From: Nitrospirota bacterium
Lineage (GTDB): Bacteria; Nitrospirota; UBA9217
Direction of reading: 5' to 3'
NCBI GenBank assembly: GCA_963749655.1
Contig: CAVVOB010000012.1
Span: forward strand, 192,001-256,000
DNA: 64,000 nt
This document shows positions 51,767 through 62,856 of the stretch, in pieces. The notes beneath the pieces were generated by a model. That model made no database searches, was not told where the DNA came from, and saw only the letters and a program-made list of their open reading frames with translations. Every line of letters begins with the position of its first letter. Positions within the stretch are counted from its first letter, which is position 1. The translations under genes were made by a program, and so were the position numbers.

Positions 51767-54700
51767 CTACGGTCCGGCAATGCTGTTGTATATGCCCTTT
51801 GTTTCCTCTGAGGGCTCGACCCCGAAGGCTGCCGACAGCGCCGTCTTGCAGCGGCGATAAACCTTCATGACCTCCGCCCGTGAACCCGCCTGCTGATGAC
51901 AGAGCATGAGATTCTGATAAAATTCTTCCGCCACTTCATCCACTTCCAGCCCCCGTTCATAGCACTCGATCGCTTTGCGGATAGCTGATTGCCGGTTTCG
52001 GATTGCCGCGTGCGCGTTGTCTTCCCCTTTCGAGCTACCCTGCTCCAGCCAGTAAGCGCCGAGCGTGCTCACCGCGCGGAGATACTTGCTGCGCAGACGC
52101 TCCCTGGCCGACATTGTCCACGGTTTTTCTTCGTCTGCCTCCAGGAAATGGCCGCGATAGAGCCGGAGCGCTCTTTCGAGCTGCTGCAGCACTTCGGATT
52201 TCGGAATCCGGACAGTGGATGTATGCCCGCAGTCCCTTGCCTCTGCTTTGTTTGTATATTCCGCATTCCGCAATACGCATTCCGCAAATTCGAGCTGCTT
52301 CTCGAAGGCCCATGCGTCCACCCGGCAAAATCGCCGATCAAGACTCAGTCTCCCCTCGCGGAGCCGGGTCACGTCGTCATTCCCCAGCAGCTGCCGCAGG
52401 CGGTGGAGCGTGGTCTTGAATGAAATGCGGGCGGCGTCTCCCTCCGCCTCGGGCCAGAGCGCGTCGATGATGCGCTCTTCGGATACATCGCGACCGCCGA
52501 ACGCGATGACCGCCTTCAGCATCTCCAGGGGCTTCTTCTGGACCTTGCCGCTGAAGGAAACCGGCTCGTCCCGCAGCAGGAGCCTGAATTCGCCAAGCGT
52601 CTCGATCCTTACCGGCCAGGGCCAGCTTTCAATGTGGAGGGGCGGCTCTTCGGGAACGAGATTGCGCTTGCGGATCAGATCCCGCACGAATTCCGTTTCG
52701 ATCCCGGCTTCGAGCGCCTTCATGCACAGGGGGGTTATCTCCTGTGAAATCCAGAGGGTATAATTGAACTGGGCGAACCCCTTTTTTCGTCCCAGCGCCA
52801 TGGCGTCGCGCAAACGGCGCATACCGGCCGCTTCCCGATGCTCTGCGAAATCCGTGCCCGCCTCTGAGAGGAGGCAGAAAAATTCAACGAGATCGCTTTT
52901 CACGTCCTGCCCGATCCGGCGGCATGCGGCGGTCTGCGCCCTGGCCTGCGCATGCTTTCCTGTCGCGCGCAGCAAATGCGCCAAAGCGAGCCCGCTCTTG
53001 ACCTGGGCGCCCAGGAAGCCGATCCGCTGCGCGAGATCGTTCGCCGTCGCGGCGACAGACAGGGCGCGGGGAATGTCGCCTTCATGCGCGTAGTGGCAGG
53101 CCAGCATGAGGTGATAGTAGAACTTGTCGAGAGGGCGGCCCTGTTCCAGCGCAGAGGACATGGTTTCCAGGAGCTTCTCGGATTCGGCGAGGTTCCCCGA
53201 GGAAAGAGAAGCGCATACGCCCATGGTGAGGATCAGGTAATCCCAGCGGTGGACGCCGCTTTCCCTCGATATCTTCAATCCTTCATGCATGAGCGACATG
53301 CACCGGTCGTAGGAACAGACCGCCCATGCGAACCAGGCGTCCGCCATCTTCCCCATGCACTGCGCAAGCGGCGACACGCTGCGGCTCGACGCCAGCAAGC
53401 GCCTGACGGCTCCCAGGGCATGCTCGCACATCGTCCGGTCTCCCGCCTGGATGAAATGGGTGAACAGATAGTATCCCGTCAGCAGCCGCAGGCTCGGGTC
53501 TGCGGCGCCGTCGTTGAGAAGCGCCAGCGCCTTTTCCTTCCACAGGTCGAAGGACGGGTGCCGCGGTTGGCGGAGTGAAAGCGCCATGAAGATGCGGCTC
53601 GTGACATGTCCCTCCGTCTGCGGGGACGGGAACAGGGGGTATTCCTTCATCAGATCGCCGAGCAGCGCGATCCAGGCGTCCAGCTGGCCGAGGTCCCCCA
53701 ATTCCTGGATGATGGACTCCGTGACGCCAGACCAGGCGAGAAAGATCCCGAGGCGTCGCGGCGCTTTTTGAAAAGCTCGAAGGCTTTTTCAAAGCATCGA
53801 CGTCCCTCCCGAAGGTCGAAGGGCATCCTGCACACGCCCAACCAGTACGTCATCCACGGCTCTCCGCCGATGACCTCGTCGGGAACGGACGTGAGGTGCG
53901 CCTCGAGCGCACGGCTCCTTCCCTGGGACACCAGGACCCGTGCGATCGCAAGGACCGTCGGTACAAAGCTCTTCCACGCTCCCGCCAGCCGGTACAGTTC
54001 CACCGCGTCCTCGGGCTGTCCTTCACGCTCGAGGAGCTTCCCTGCCTTTTGGAGGAGCTCCTCTATCTGCTCGGTGGAATAGGTCTGCCGCGCCCTGGCC
54101 TGGAGGAATTCCCTGAAGAGGGGGTGGTACTGATATACCGGATGGGGGAGGGAGCGCTGCTCCGTGAAAAAGTGGTTGCGGCTGAGCGTTGCAAGAACGG
54201 CTCCCGCGTCATCCCTGCCTGTCAGGGCCGACGCCGAGGGAGGAAAAATGCGCGGCAGGAAGGCGGTTTTGAGAAGGAAGGACCGTGTTTCCGGGTCCGT
54301 CTTTTCGAACAGCTCGGTTGCAAAGTAGTCGAAGAACTCCTGGGGGTTGAAACGGTCCATATCCATGGGAGCTCCGGCGAGCGTCCTCATCCGTTCCATC
54401 AGAAGCATGAGGCCTGCCGCCCAGCCCAGGGTCGTCTGCTGAATGCGGGTCAGAAGCTCCACCTTGAGCCCGCTCCGGCGGCCGGACCTGAAGAGCGCCC
54501 CGGTCTCGTTCATGTCGAACTTGAGATCCTCCCATCCGATGCCGTGGACCTTATTGTAGGTCTGCAGGACCGCCAGTGCAGGCGGAGGCGCGCCGCGGCT
54601 CATGATCACGACCGAGATGCCCTCGGGAACGACGGACAGCGCTTCGCGGATCATGTCATGAAAGGGAGCGTCGTCGGCGATATGGTGATAATTGTCGAGA

Positions 54701-55083
54701 ACGATCGCATGGGGCGGCTTCAGGCGTGAGAAGAGATTTTCGAAATAGCGTTTCGTGAAGGCGGGTACGGCGCGCAGGTACTCCGGAGTGAGCAGCGGAA
54801 GGGGCGTCCGGTGGCGTGGCGCAGCTTTCTTTGCAGCAAGGCCGAGATAATAGAAGAACGACGCGATGTCTCCGTCACCTTCGTCGAGGTGGTACCAGAG
54901 GCAGGGACGCTTTCGGGCCTCGATCCAACTGGCGACGAGCGTCGTTTTTCCCGATCCCCCGGGGCCGGCGACCCAGGTGAGCGGATGCATGCTGCCTTTA
55001 TCGAGAAGGGTGAACAGACGGGTTCGCGGATAGACGGTCGACAGTCGCGGGCGGGTGATTTTGGCTATGGCTGTCTGAGGCAT
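51767..55083 (-). CDS. MalT-like STAND ATPase / TPR / wHTH-BTAD transcriptional regulator (frameshift near 53745)
   Basis: AKITRP, GPGGSGKTT, VLDNYH, GWAAGL, YQYHPLF; TLGEF, ALWPE, LHRLR.LL, LYRG.FL, EEFYQ.LM, GVEPS. Confidence 0.85.
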
Positions 55084-55317
55084 CGCAACTCACCTGCATA
55101 CCAGCTTGAACATGCCTGTTTGGACAGGACGCCATTACGGGTAAAGCGAAGAAGCGACTCTAATGATGGGGATCTTTGGTGCACTCAAGAACGGTTGAAG
55201 CGGCTCTCTATATGAATACTATACCCAGATTGTTTACTGGTGGCAACATTTTTTTGCAGAAAAGAGCATAGCGATTTAATCCTTAGGCATACATCGATAA
55301 ACCTGAAAAGAGCATGT

Positions 55318-55508
55318 AACCACGGATTAACACGGATAAACACGGGCAGGCTTCTGGGCTGCTTCAGGCTTGCATCGTGAATCACTCGGTAAGGTCTGGT
55401 TCAATCAGCATGATCGAACCAGCGAAAAAAACGAAGAGCTGTTTGGTTGAACCTGTCTGTGAGTAAGAGTCATTGTTCAAGAATCTTAACCGTGTTCATC
55501 CGTGGTTA
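55318..55508. repeat. 10-mer periodic palindromic element with a nested hairpin
   Basis: aaccacggattaacacggataaacacgg ... aaccgtgttcatccgtggtt. Confidence 0.8.
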
Positions 55509-55733
55509 CAATTACTGTCTTTCTTTTCAGGTGTCGGCCGGACATTACCCCGTCATCCGTCCTCGCGAACTTCTGTTAGTTAGTTTTTCCTGAAATGCGC
55601 TCTTATTGTTTCTGCCTGCCACGTGTATTTCCCATCTTGAAACATATCTTCTCACACTCTTGCTATAATTGAACAGGAAAGAAGGCGAACCTTAGATCAA
55701 CCTTAAATGGTCCGAATAGGGGGAGCGGCCTTC

Positions 55734-56438
55734 ATGGGAATTGCGAGCCGAAGATTTGAGCGGGTTATTTTGAAAAAAGAGGTGCTGATCAACGGCTCCT
55801 TCAGAGCGCAGGGGCTCGATCTGAGCGTTGGCGGAATGTTCGTGCAGACGGGGCGCAGTTTTGCCATCGGCTCCGACGTTATGGTGACGCTGCCGCTGGA
55901 CGGAAAGTTCATCAACGCTCACGCACGCGTTCAAAATTCACAGCAGTCCCTGGGAATAGGGATCATGTTCATCGATCTTAGTCTTGAGCAAAAGCTCGAT
56001 ATCGAGGCATATGTCGCTACCGTTGCGGAAAAGATAGCGGACACGAACACGGGAAAAAGGACTATATTGCTCGTTGACGACAATGAAGCGGCGCGGCGCA
56101 TGAATAGGGGCAGGCTGACGCTTGACGGCTACGCTGTTCTGGAGGCGAAAGACGGCATTGAGGCCCTGAACATGCTTGCAAAAGAAAAAGTTGATCTCCT
56201 GGTCCTCGATTTGTACATGGAACGGCTCGATGGATATAAGGTGCTGTCGATCGTGCGGGAGAAACCGGAATGGAAGGAAATACCTGTGCTGGTTCTTTCG
56301 GCGAGGAGTTCAGCCAACGAGGTCGATAAGGCTATCCTGGCCGGGGCCACGGAATTTCTCATGAAGATGACGACATCGCCGGTCAAGCTGAGCCAGCGAA
56401 TCAGCAACTACCTGACGCGCAGAAAGCCGCCTTTTTGA
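55734..56438 (+). CDS. PilZ + receiver domain protein
   Basis: RRFER, DLSVGG; LLVDD, LDLYM, LSA; start may be 55707. Confidence 0.85.
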   Translation: MGIASRRFERVILKKEVLINGSFRAQGLDLSVGGMFVQTGRSFAIGSDVMVTLPLDGKFINAHARVQNSQQSLGIGIMFIDLSLEQKLDIEAYVATVAEKIADTNTGKRTILLVDDNEAARRMNRGRLTLDGYAVLEAKDGIEALNMLAKEKVDLLVLDLYMERLDGYKVLSIVREKPEWKEIPVLVLSARSSANEVDKAILAGATEFLMKMTTSPVKLSQRISNYLTRRKPPF

Positions 56439-56465
56439 TTAAGAATAGTTGATGATCTTGATGTT

Positions 56466-56498
56466 CATTCCGAATTCCGCATTCCGAATCCCTCATTT
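56466..56498. repeat. ATTCCGC-type heptamer repeat
   Basis: cattccgaattccgcattccgaatccctcatt. Confidence 0.75.
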
Positions 56499-57287
56499 TC
56501 ACTCTTCCGTCATCCGTCCCGCGAACTCTTCCCCCAGCACTACGATCGATTCGATATCGAGAAACCTGTCCACGTTGCGGTCGAGGAGCAGCTTCACCTG
56601 GGAGGGGAAGTCCTCGTCCGGCACAGCGTCGTAGAAGAGGAGCAGAACGGGATAGTTCGGGAAGAAGCGGAACTCATAGGCTGCATCATGGTTGCCGCTG
56701 ACGGTCGCAGGTTCCCCTCCGAGCCGTTCGCAGGCCCCTTTCAGCCCTGCCGTGTTCCCGGAAAAATGCTTTGCGATCACGTTCTCCACATGTCCCGCCC
56801 ATGCCTTGTCTTTGGCGTGTGACGCCGGCACCGAGGCGAAGGTTATCCATTCTCCCGAAGGCGGGGGAGGGTCGGGCATGCAGAGGTGGTTGTAGATCAG
56901 GATCGATAAGAACGGCTCAGGTTCGCATCCCGCGGAATCGAGGATGCGTTCCCTCGTAACGGAATAAACCTCGTTCAGGAATGCGATCTCCAGACAGTCC
57001 GGCTTACAAAGTTTGGCGCCGGACCATCGGGCGACGTCGGCAAAGTCGAGCGCCTCCACCTTGGGTTTGAGGGCGTGGAGCGTCTGCTCGAATACGGTGC
57101 CGCGAGAAGCGGTCTGCTGCTCTCCGATCTGAAGCGCTTCGCGCGCGCCTGCGGACAGATTGGGGCAGTCGTCGCTTGCAGCCTGGCCGGTTGCCAGTTT
57201 GGCTGCGAAGCCGATGCAGCTCGTGGTCCCGCATTTTCCGCAGTTGGTTTTGGGGAGGAACTTGTAGATCTCGATGGCGGTCTTCAT
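56499..57287 (-). CDS. Fe-S domain (AcsC/RnfB-type) + DUF3786 protein
   Basis: LPKTNCGKCG..SC..FA...CP; FFP.YPV...DEDFP....LLLD. Confidence 0.85.
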   Translation of the reverse strand: MKTAIEIYKFLPKTNCGKCGTTSCIGFAAKLATGQAASDDCPNLSAGAREALQIGEQQTASRGTVFEQTLHALKPKVEALDFADVARWSGAKLCKPDCLEIAFLNEVYSVTRERILDSAGCEPEPFLSILIYNHLCMPDPPPPSGEWITFASVPASHAKDKAWAGHVENVIAKHFSGNTAGLKGACERLGGEPATVSGNHDAAYEFRFFPNYPVLLLFYDAVPDEDFPSQVKLLLDRNVDRFLDIESIVVLGEEFAGRMTEE

Positions 57288-57658
57288 GACTAAAACTAAC
57301 GCTTTTCAATTCGCCTGTCAAATGTCGACATCATTTTATACCGTTCGTGCCGTGACCATTTGTCGACGACGGGCGACAATATTTTTTTGACATTCAGTGC
57401 ATTTTTGTGTTACTGTTTTACTACATTTTCCCTCCGCTCATTGACCACGTCACCGAGAGTTTCGCATATCCATATCTATGAAATCCGGGACCGGTGAAAA
57501 CTGCGTCCGGTATACCATTATTGTTCTGATTACAAAGATCTGTTCGGCGCCGACGGGAGCAATGTCTTTTATCCGACATGCAGGCTGATGAATCGAACAG
57601 GGCTGAGTTCGTCGTCGACCGACACGACCCTGCCCTGAATCACTTTCAGGAGGTCCTA

Positions 57659-59215
57659 ATGCCGAGATTCCCTGCGTTTGCATCCATTGTTGTGTTGTGC
57701 CTGCTCTTGTCCGGCTGCACCAAAGGGCGCGACTCGACGTCGACCCCGGCCCAGACCCCTTCATCCGGCACAGCGCCGACAAAAACTCAGTATGTCCACG
57801 CCGAGACCGGCGCAGTTCTGTACGAAGCGCCCGATCTTCTGTCGCGGGCAACAGCCACCGCACCCGACCTGGCGCAGGTCCTTTCCGGAGAACGGTCCGG
57901 CCAATGGGTGCAGGTTGCGTGGCAGGGCAGGACCGGATGGACCTGCGCCAATAAGCTTTCCGACGTCAAATCGGGCATCGCCGTGACCAAGGACCTGATC
58001 GCCGATACCTGGTGCGGAGAGAACGAGCAGCCCGGGACCGGCTGCTACACCTTCCGCGACGACGGGACCCTGAACATCGAATGCCCCATGTGCTTCCACG
58101 GCACCTGGTATATCAGCGACGATAAAGTGTATGTGCAGCTCGAAAGCCCGGAGCAGAGTTCGGAGGGCCGTCCTCTGGAACGAATCACCTATGCCGGGAC
58201 CATGACCGTGCTGGACGGGAATTCGCTGGAAGCGAATTTCCCGGACGGCGACGGGGTAGCCCGCGATACGCAATCCTGGATCATGACCCGGTCCGACGGA
58301 GCGGTCAGGTATTCGGAAACTGCGCCGCCCGCGCAGAAGCAGCAGTTCGAACGATCACTTCCTTTCTCGCGGCCCGTGAGCGACATCGCCGTCAGCCCTG
58401 ACGGGAAAAGTATCGCCGTGGTCACCTATGATCCGGATGTGGTGCTCCTGAGCATGGACGGAACGAAGCGCACAGCGCTCAAGGGGCATCGCGAGGACGT
58501 CTGGGGCGTGGCGTTCAGTCCGGACAGCGCTATCGTGGCCTGCGGGGGCAAGGACAAAAACGTGATCCTCTGGGACAGGACCGGCAAGCAGCTCGCGACA
58601 TTAAAGGGCCATACCGACGGGGTCACCAGCGTTGCGTTCAGCCCTGACGGACAGACGATCGCGTCCGGTTCTGCTGACAAGACCGTCCGTCTCTGGAAGC
58701 GCGACGGGACGCTCATTCGCAGCATCGAAGGTCAGGGAGACACGGTCAGCCGCCTTGCCTTCAGTCCTGACGGGAAAACGCTTGCAGCCGCCCTGGGGAG
58801 CGGGACTGTGAAGCTCTGGACTCCCGAAGGAAAGCTCGTCAAGACGCTGGAAGGCCACACGAACGGAGCAGACGGCGTTGTCTTCAGCGCCGACGGGAAA
58901 ACGCTTGCTACCTATGCCGGAGACGGCATTGTGCGGCTCTGGAGCCCATCCGGCGGGCTCATCACGGTCCTTGATACGAAATCACCGCAAGCAGCGTCCT
59001 TTTCCCTGCGTCCTGACGGGAAGGTCGTCGCCACCGGCACCGCTGACCCGGCGCTCATGCTCTGGACGGCCGACGGCAGGCTCATCAAGACCCTCTACGG
59101 CCACAACGCCATCCTGCACACCATTGCTTTCAGCCCCGACGGAAAAACCATTGTTACCGGATCAGAGGACAGCACGATCAAGTTCTGGCCTTTCGACAGC
59201 AAGGCGTGCGAGTAG
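57659..59215 (+). CDS. Lipoprotein with SH3-like region and WD40 propeller
   Basis: AGGAGG RBS, lipobox LSGC, WVQV...GRTGW, repeated LKGH...V.FSPDG..ASGS.D.TV.LW. Confidence 0.88.
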   Translation: MPRFPAFASIVVLCLLLSGCTKGRDSTSTPAQTPSSGTAPTKTQYVHAETGAVLYEAPDLLSRATATAPDLAQVLSGERSGQWVQVAWQGRTGWTCANKLSDVKSGIAVTKDLIADTWCGENEQPGTGCYTFRDDGTLNIECPMCFHGTWYISDDKVYVQLESPEQSSEGRPLERITYAGTMTVLDGNSLEANFPDGDGVARDTQSWIMTRSDGAVRYSETAPPAQKQQFERSLPFSRPVSDIAVSPDGKSIAVVTYDPDVVLLSMDGTKRTALKGHREDVWGVAFSPDSAIVACGGKDKNVILWDRTGKQLATLKGHTDGVTSVAFSPDGQTIASGSADKTVRLWKRDGTLIRSIEGQGDTVSRLAFSPDGKTLAAALGSGTVKLWTPEGKLVKTLEGHTNGADGVVFSADGKTLATYAGDGIVRLWSPSGGLITVLDTKSPQAASFSLRPDGKVVATGTADPALMLWTADGRLIKTLYGHNAILHTIAFSPDGKTIVTGSEDSTIKFWPFDSKACE

Positions 59216-59244
59216 GGGATCCTATTCCGAAAGGGGAAAAAAAT

Positions 59245-59943
59245 ATGTCCGCTCGATGCATTCAACAGAAACGGCTTTTGGTTCTTCTAATGGTCCTTGC
59301 CTCCCTGTCAGCAGCCCTCGCAGCTGAACGTATGACCGTCATCGATTATTACAACACGAACAAGCACGACTATCTCAAGATCGAAAAGCAGGACGGCGTC
59401 TGGAAAGGCCAGGGTGATTCAGGCTGGTATCCCCTGAAGAAGGCGGACATTGCGAACGGCTATGTGGAGTACGAAGACCCCGGTTACAACAACGGCGCGG
59501 GGCACGCAACATTCTCCGGAGCTCTCTTCCTCACCAGGGACCGGCAGCCCATGTTTGCTCTTCTGCAAACCATCACCTCTACCGAACTGAAGTGCCCTGA
59601 TACGAATTATACGCTTGAGACCTATCGGATGAACGGCGACCGGATGGCTGAGGCGACCGACGTAGTGCCGCCGCTGCCTCCGAGCTTCTTCCTGAAGCAG
59701 GGTGCGAGCACGGAAAGCGGGATCGCCTATTCCATCGGCTTTCGTCTTCCTCAAAAGGGGACGACCGTGGAAGCGTTCCTCGATACGTCCTATATCTCCT
59801 GCATGCTTGAAAAAAGCAGCAAAGAGCTGACGAAAAAAGATATCGACGTTGCGAGGGAATTCCTCAAGAATGTGCGGACAGAGCCGCTCAAGCTGAAGTG
59901 GAACAAGGACACGGGCAGGTTCGAAATACAGACGGAGAAATAA
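59245..59943 (+). CDS. Hypothetical secreted protein
   Basis: Signal peptide; LPQKGTT and LKWNKDTGRF motifs. Confidence 0.75.
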   Translation: MSARCIQQKRLLVLLMVLASLSAALAAERMTVIDYYNTNKHDYLKIEKQDGVWKGQGDSGWYPLKKADIANGYVEYEDPGYNNGAGHATFSGALFLTRDRQPMFALLQTITSTELKCPDTNYTLETYRMNGDRMAEATDVVPPLPPSFFLKQGASTESGIAYSIGFRLPQKGTTVEAFLDTSYISCMLEKSSKELTKKDIDVAREFLKNVRTEPLKLKWNKDTGRFEIQTEK

Positions 59944-60024
59944 GAGCCCGGGATGCGGGCCTTCGGCGGGAGGACATCACTTGAACGCCTATCCGGTCCG
60001 CGATTAAAAACAGGAGGAGATCGT

Positions 60025-60576
60025 ATGCACAAGATGAACAGGAACGCGCGCTTTTTTGCGGGAATGGCGGCAGTCCTTTTGTTCCCGCTTATTTCTGCGG
60101 CAGCGGCCGTCGCGGAGACCCCACTGCCCCGTTTTGCGGACTATCCCGTCAAGGAATGGTTCACGGGGAAGCCGGTCCCGCCCGACTTCAAGAACGATCC
60201 TGATGCCAAACGGTTCGCGACCCGCATACGGGAGGGCGCAACGAAGGGCCCGAACTTCGCCGGCCGCTACACCATCATCGAATGGGGCTGCGGCTCCGAG
60301 TGCCAGTCCTTCGCCATTGTCGATGCGAAAACCGGGGCGATCTTCTCCCCGCCGTTTTCCACGGCGTGGGGCATGATGTATCGTCTGGACAGCAGCCTGC
60401 TGATCGTGAATCCGGTGACGCCCGAGGCAGCAGCCGGCGACTGGGTGCCCGGCTGGCTGGTGACGGGCTTCTATGTGTGGGACGGCAGCCAGCTGAACAA
60501 GGTCCAGGAGGACAGGCCTTTGGTCATCGATCCGCAAACAGGGGCAGCCAGCGCTCCCGAAAGCCTGAGGAAATAG
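60025..60576 (+). CDS. Hypothetical secreted protein (GPNFAG.Y....WGCGSEC)
   Basis: AGGAGG RBS, signal peptide. Confidence 0.8.
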   Translation: MHKMNRNARFFAGMAAVLLFPLISAAAAVAETPLPRFADYPVKEWFTGKPVPPDFKNDPDAKRFATRIREGATKGPNFAGRYTIIEWGCGSECQSFAIVDAKTGAIFSPPFSTAWGMMYRLDSSLLIVNPVTPEAAAGDWVPGWLVTGFYVWDGSQLNKVQEDRPLVIDPQTGAASAPESLRK

Positions 60577-60803
60577 ATACAGCCGATTATTTCTAACCGG
60601 CCGGACCTACACCTACGATTCCAACGGCAACCAGACCGCGAGCGTTAATTATTCCGGGGCAGGAACAGACTTGACCTGGTTTACGACGGATGACGTTGTC
60701 GCGAGTGACAATACCTATGAATATGAAATGTGATTGCGAGGCAGGATTCCTGATAAACGCGGATCCCGCGAGCCCTTGCTGAAGTTTACGGAGGGAAAAT
60801 CGT

Positions 60804-61601
60804 ATGCAGACAAAAAAGATGCTGACCGGATTTTTTGCGGGAATGGTCGTACTCCTGGCAACTGCAATGGCGGGACAGGCGCTCGCTGCAGGCCGGTCCG
60901 CGGAAATGTTCATCTGGGGCGGCGGCAATACGCAGGAAGATGCACAGGCGTCGCTGGACCAGTACCGCGACCGGTCCGCTGAATGGTCGGACATCGTGGC
61001 CCTTGCGCCCGAATTCCCGCGCATCCTGGAAAGCAAGTCGGTCCCCGGTCTGAAGCCCGGTTTCATCATCGTCGTGCTCGGCGTATGCGCCGCACCGGAT
61101 GCAGCGACAGCTGCGAAATATCTCAAGGCGCTCGAGCCAACAGTGTACCAGCGCAGTGTGACCTGGAGCGACGCCGGTGGCGCGCTGCCCTGCCCGGGAC
61201 TTGCGAAGGGATGGTCCTTCCGCGGCGCCGAGCGTGCACGAACGTCCGCCGGAGAGCTGAGCGGCGCTCTCTTTCTGCAAAACGAGCTGACTGAAGGGGC
61301 CGAGTTCGAGTTCAAGCGCTGGAAAGCGTTCATCGACCTGCGCGGGGCAAAGGGCGAAGTACAGGCCCACCTTACGGATAACAGCCGGAGCGACGTATCG
61401 ATCGTAAAGGCATTCAAGGCTGGGGCTTCGGGCATCGTCCTGGAGGAGGAGTACACCGACCCGCTCTGCACGGGGGAACCCGAGTTCAAGCAGTATCTTC
61501 GGACCCGGACGTATGCAGCATCAAGCGGGGAGATACGGGCAGGAGAGAAAGAACGGCTCATCAAGCAAGGCCCCTGCAGCTATCCTGAACTCGGCCGATA
61601 G
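60804..61601 (+). CDS. Hypothetical secreted protein (possible SPOR-like N-terminal domain)
   Basis: GGAGG RBS, signal peptide, PGLKPGF..VVLGVC. Confidence 0.75.
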   Translation: MQTKKMLTGFFAGMVVLLATAMAGQALAAGRSAEMFIWGGGNTQEDAQASLDQYRDRSAEWSDIVALAPEFPRILESKSVPGLKPGFIIVVLGVCAAPDAATAAKYLKALEPTVYQRSVTWSDAGGALPCPGLAKGWSFRGAERARTSAGELSGALFLQNELTEGAEFEFKRWKAFIDLRGAKGEVQAHLTDNSRSDVSIVKAFKAGASGIVLEEEYTDPLCTGEPEFKQYLRTRTYAASSGEIRAGEKERLIKQGPCSYPELGR

Positions 61602-61666
61602 GGGACGGGTCCGCGGATACGCGAGGAGCGATCCGCAGGATCTGAAACGGAAGGGGGCAGCCTGCA

Positions 61667-62123
61667 ATGAAAAAGCAAAGAAAAGACGCATTTTCAGATA
61701 TTCGCAAAAAGACCGAGGAGGAGATGGCCGCGTTGCAGCCCCCGCCGGTTCCTCCGGAGGAAGAACTCCGTTTCAAAAGGCGCAAGGCCGTGAAGGATCA
61801 GTTCTCCCCCATGGTCACGGAAGTCCTCACTGAACTTCGTGATGCCTTGATGCACCCGCGCGCGATCATCAAGGAAGGAATAAGTAATGACGATGAGTCG
61901 GGCTTCTGGGACCTTGTAGAGAGTTACAGTCTGCACCACGTGGGGGGCTCATCCGGAGGCAGCAGCGAGGCCTATGCCGAGGTTCAGCTTGTATTCGACA
62001 AGGAAGACCGTCCTCTTCATTTTCGTGTGCATTCGTTTCCGGACCATATTCGACAAGCGCAAGAAGGCGGGGCTCAGCCGGGAAGAGCTTGTTGCCGTTC
62101 TGCATGACCTGTTTGCAAAATAA
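61667..62123 (+). CDS. Hypothetical protein (probable frameshift near 62050)
   Basis: An alternative frame ends ...LSREELVAVLHDLFAK*. Confidence 0.55.
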
Positions 62124-62146
62124 GCGGATGTCAGGGTCAACGTGCT

Positions 62147-62815
62147 ATGAAAAAAATAAAAAGAAGACAAATCACCGATGCAGTAAAAGCAGAGCCGATA
62201 GCGCTGTGGTCGCTCGACACGTTCTTCTATGCCTTCATCGTCGTCGGCGTCCTTTTCCATTGGGCGGCGCTGAACTATCAGATCATCAACGGGACGCGAA
62301 GCGCGGCGTGGCCCTGGACGAACGGCGTGATCGTGGATGTTCATACCAGGGAACACAGTCAAAGCAACGTGAACATGAAGGGGGCGTCGCGGCCGGGCGG
62401 CAGCGGTTCGACCAGTCATTTCTACGAGGTCGTTCCCACCTACGAGTATACGATCGAGGGAAAGAAGTACGTCAGCAACAAGGTCACGACGGGCGGCGGG
62501 TGGTTCCTCGGGAGTCGGGCAGATGCCAGGCAGAAGGCGGTCAGCCTCGTACCCGGTTCCCCGGTGGTTGTCTATTATGACCCCGCTGACCCGGCATCGG
62601 CTGTGCTGGAACAAGGCGTTGCCGACCGCACATCGTCGGGAATGCTCGTGACCATCCCCGCAATCGGCGGGGCAATGGGAATGGCGTTCAACTACTTCAG
62701 CAGGACCAGGTTCCCGGAGCGAAGAAGACGGCTGAAGCTTTCCATTGCCGCGGGGACCGGGGCGGCCGTTCTGGCGGCGCTTATGCTGTGGCTCGTGATG
62801 AGCGCGTTGGTTTGA
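62147..62815 (+). CDS. DUF3592-family membrane protein
   Basis: W..T.G.I, Y.Y.I.GK.Y, V.VYYDP.DP..AVL, flanking TM helices. Confidence 0.85.
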   Translation: MKKIKRRQITDAVKAEPIALWSLDTFFYAFIVVGVLFHWAALNYQIINGTRSAAWPWTNGVIVDVHTREHSQSNVNMKGASRPGGSGSTSHFYEVVPTYEYTIEGKKYVSNKVTTGGGWFLGSRADARQKAVSLVPGSPVVVYYDPADPASAVLEQGVADRTSSGMLVTIPAIGGAMGMAFNYFSRTRFPERRRRLKLSIAAGTGAAVLAALMLWLVMSALV

Positions 62816-62856
62816 TGCAGTGATCCGGCTGGATATGATACGAACGGGGGGGAGTC

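Noticed and set aside
51076-51780. 375-aa version of the SRPBCC ORF (50653..51780)
   Set aside because: The extension overlaps a better gene (51111..51515); the real start has an RBS at 51075.
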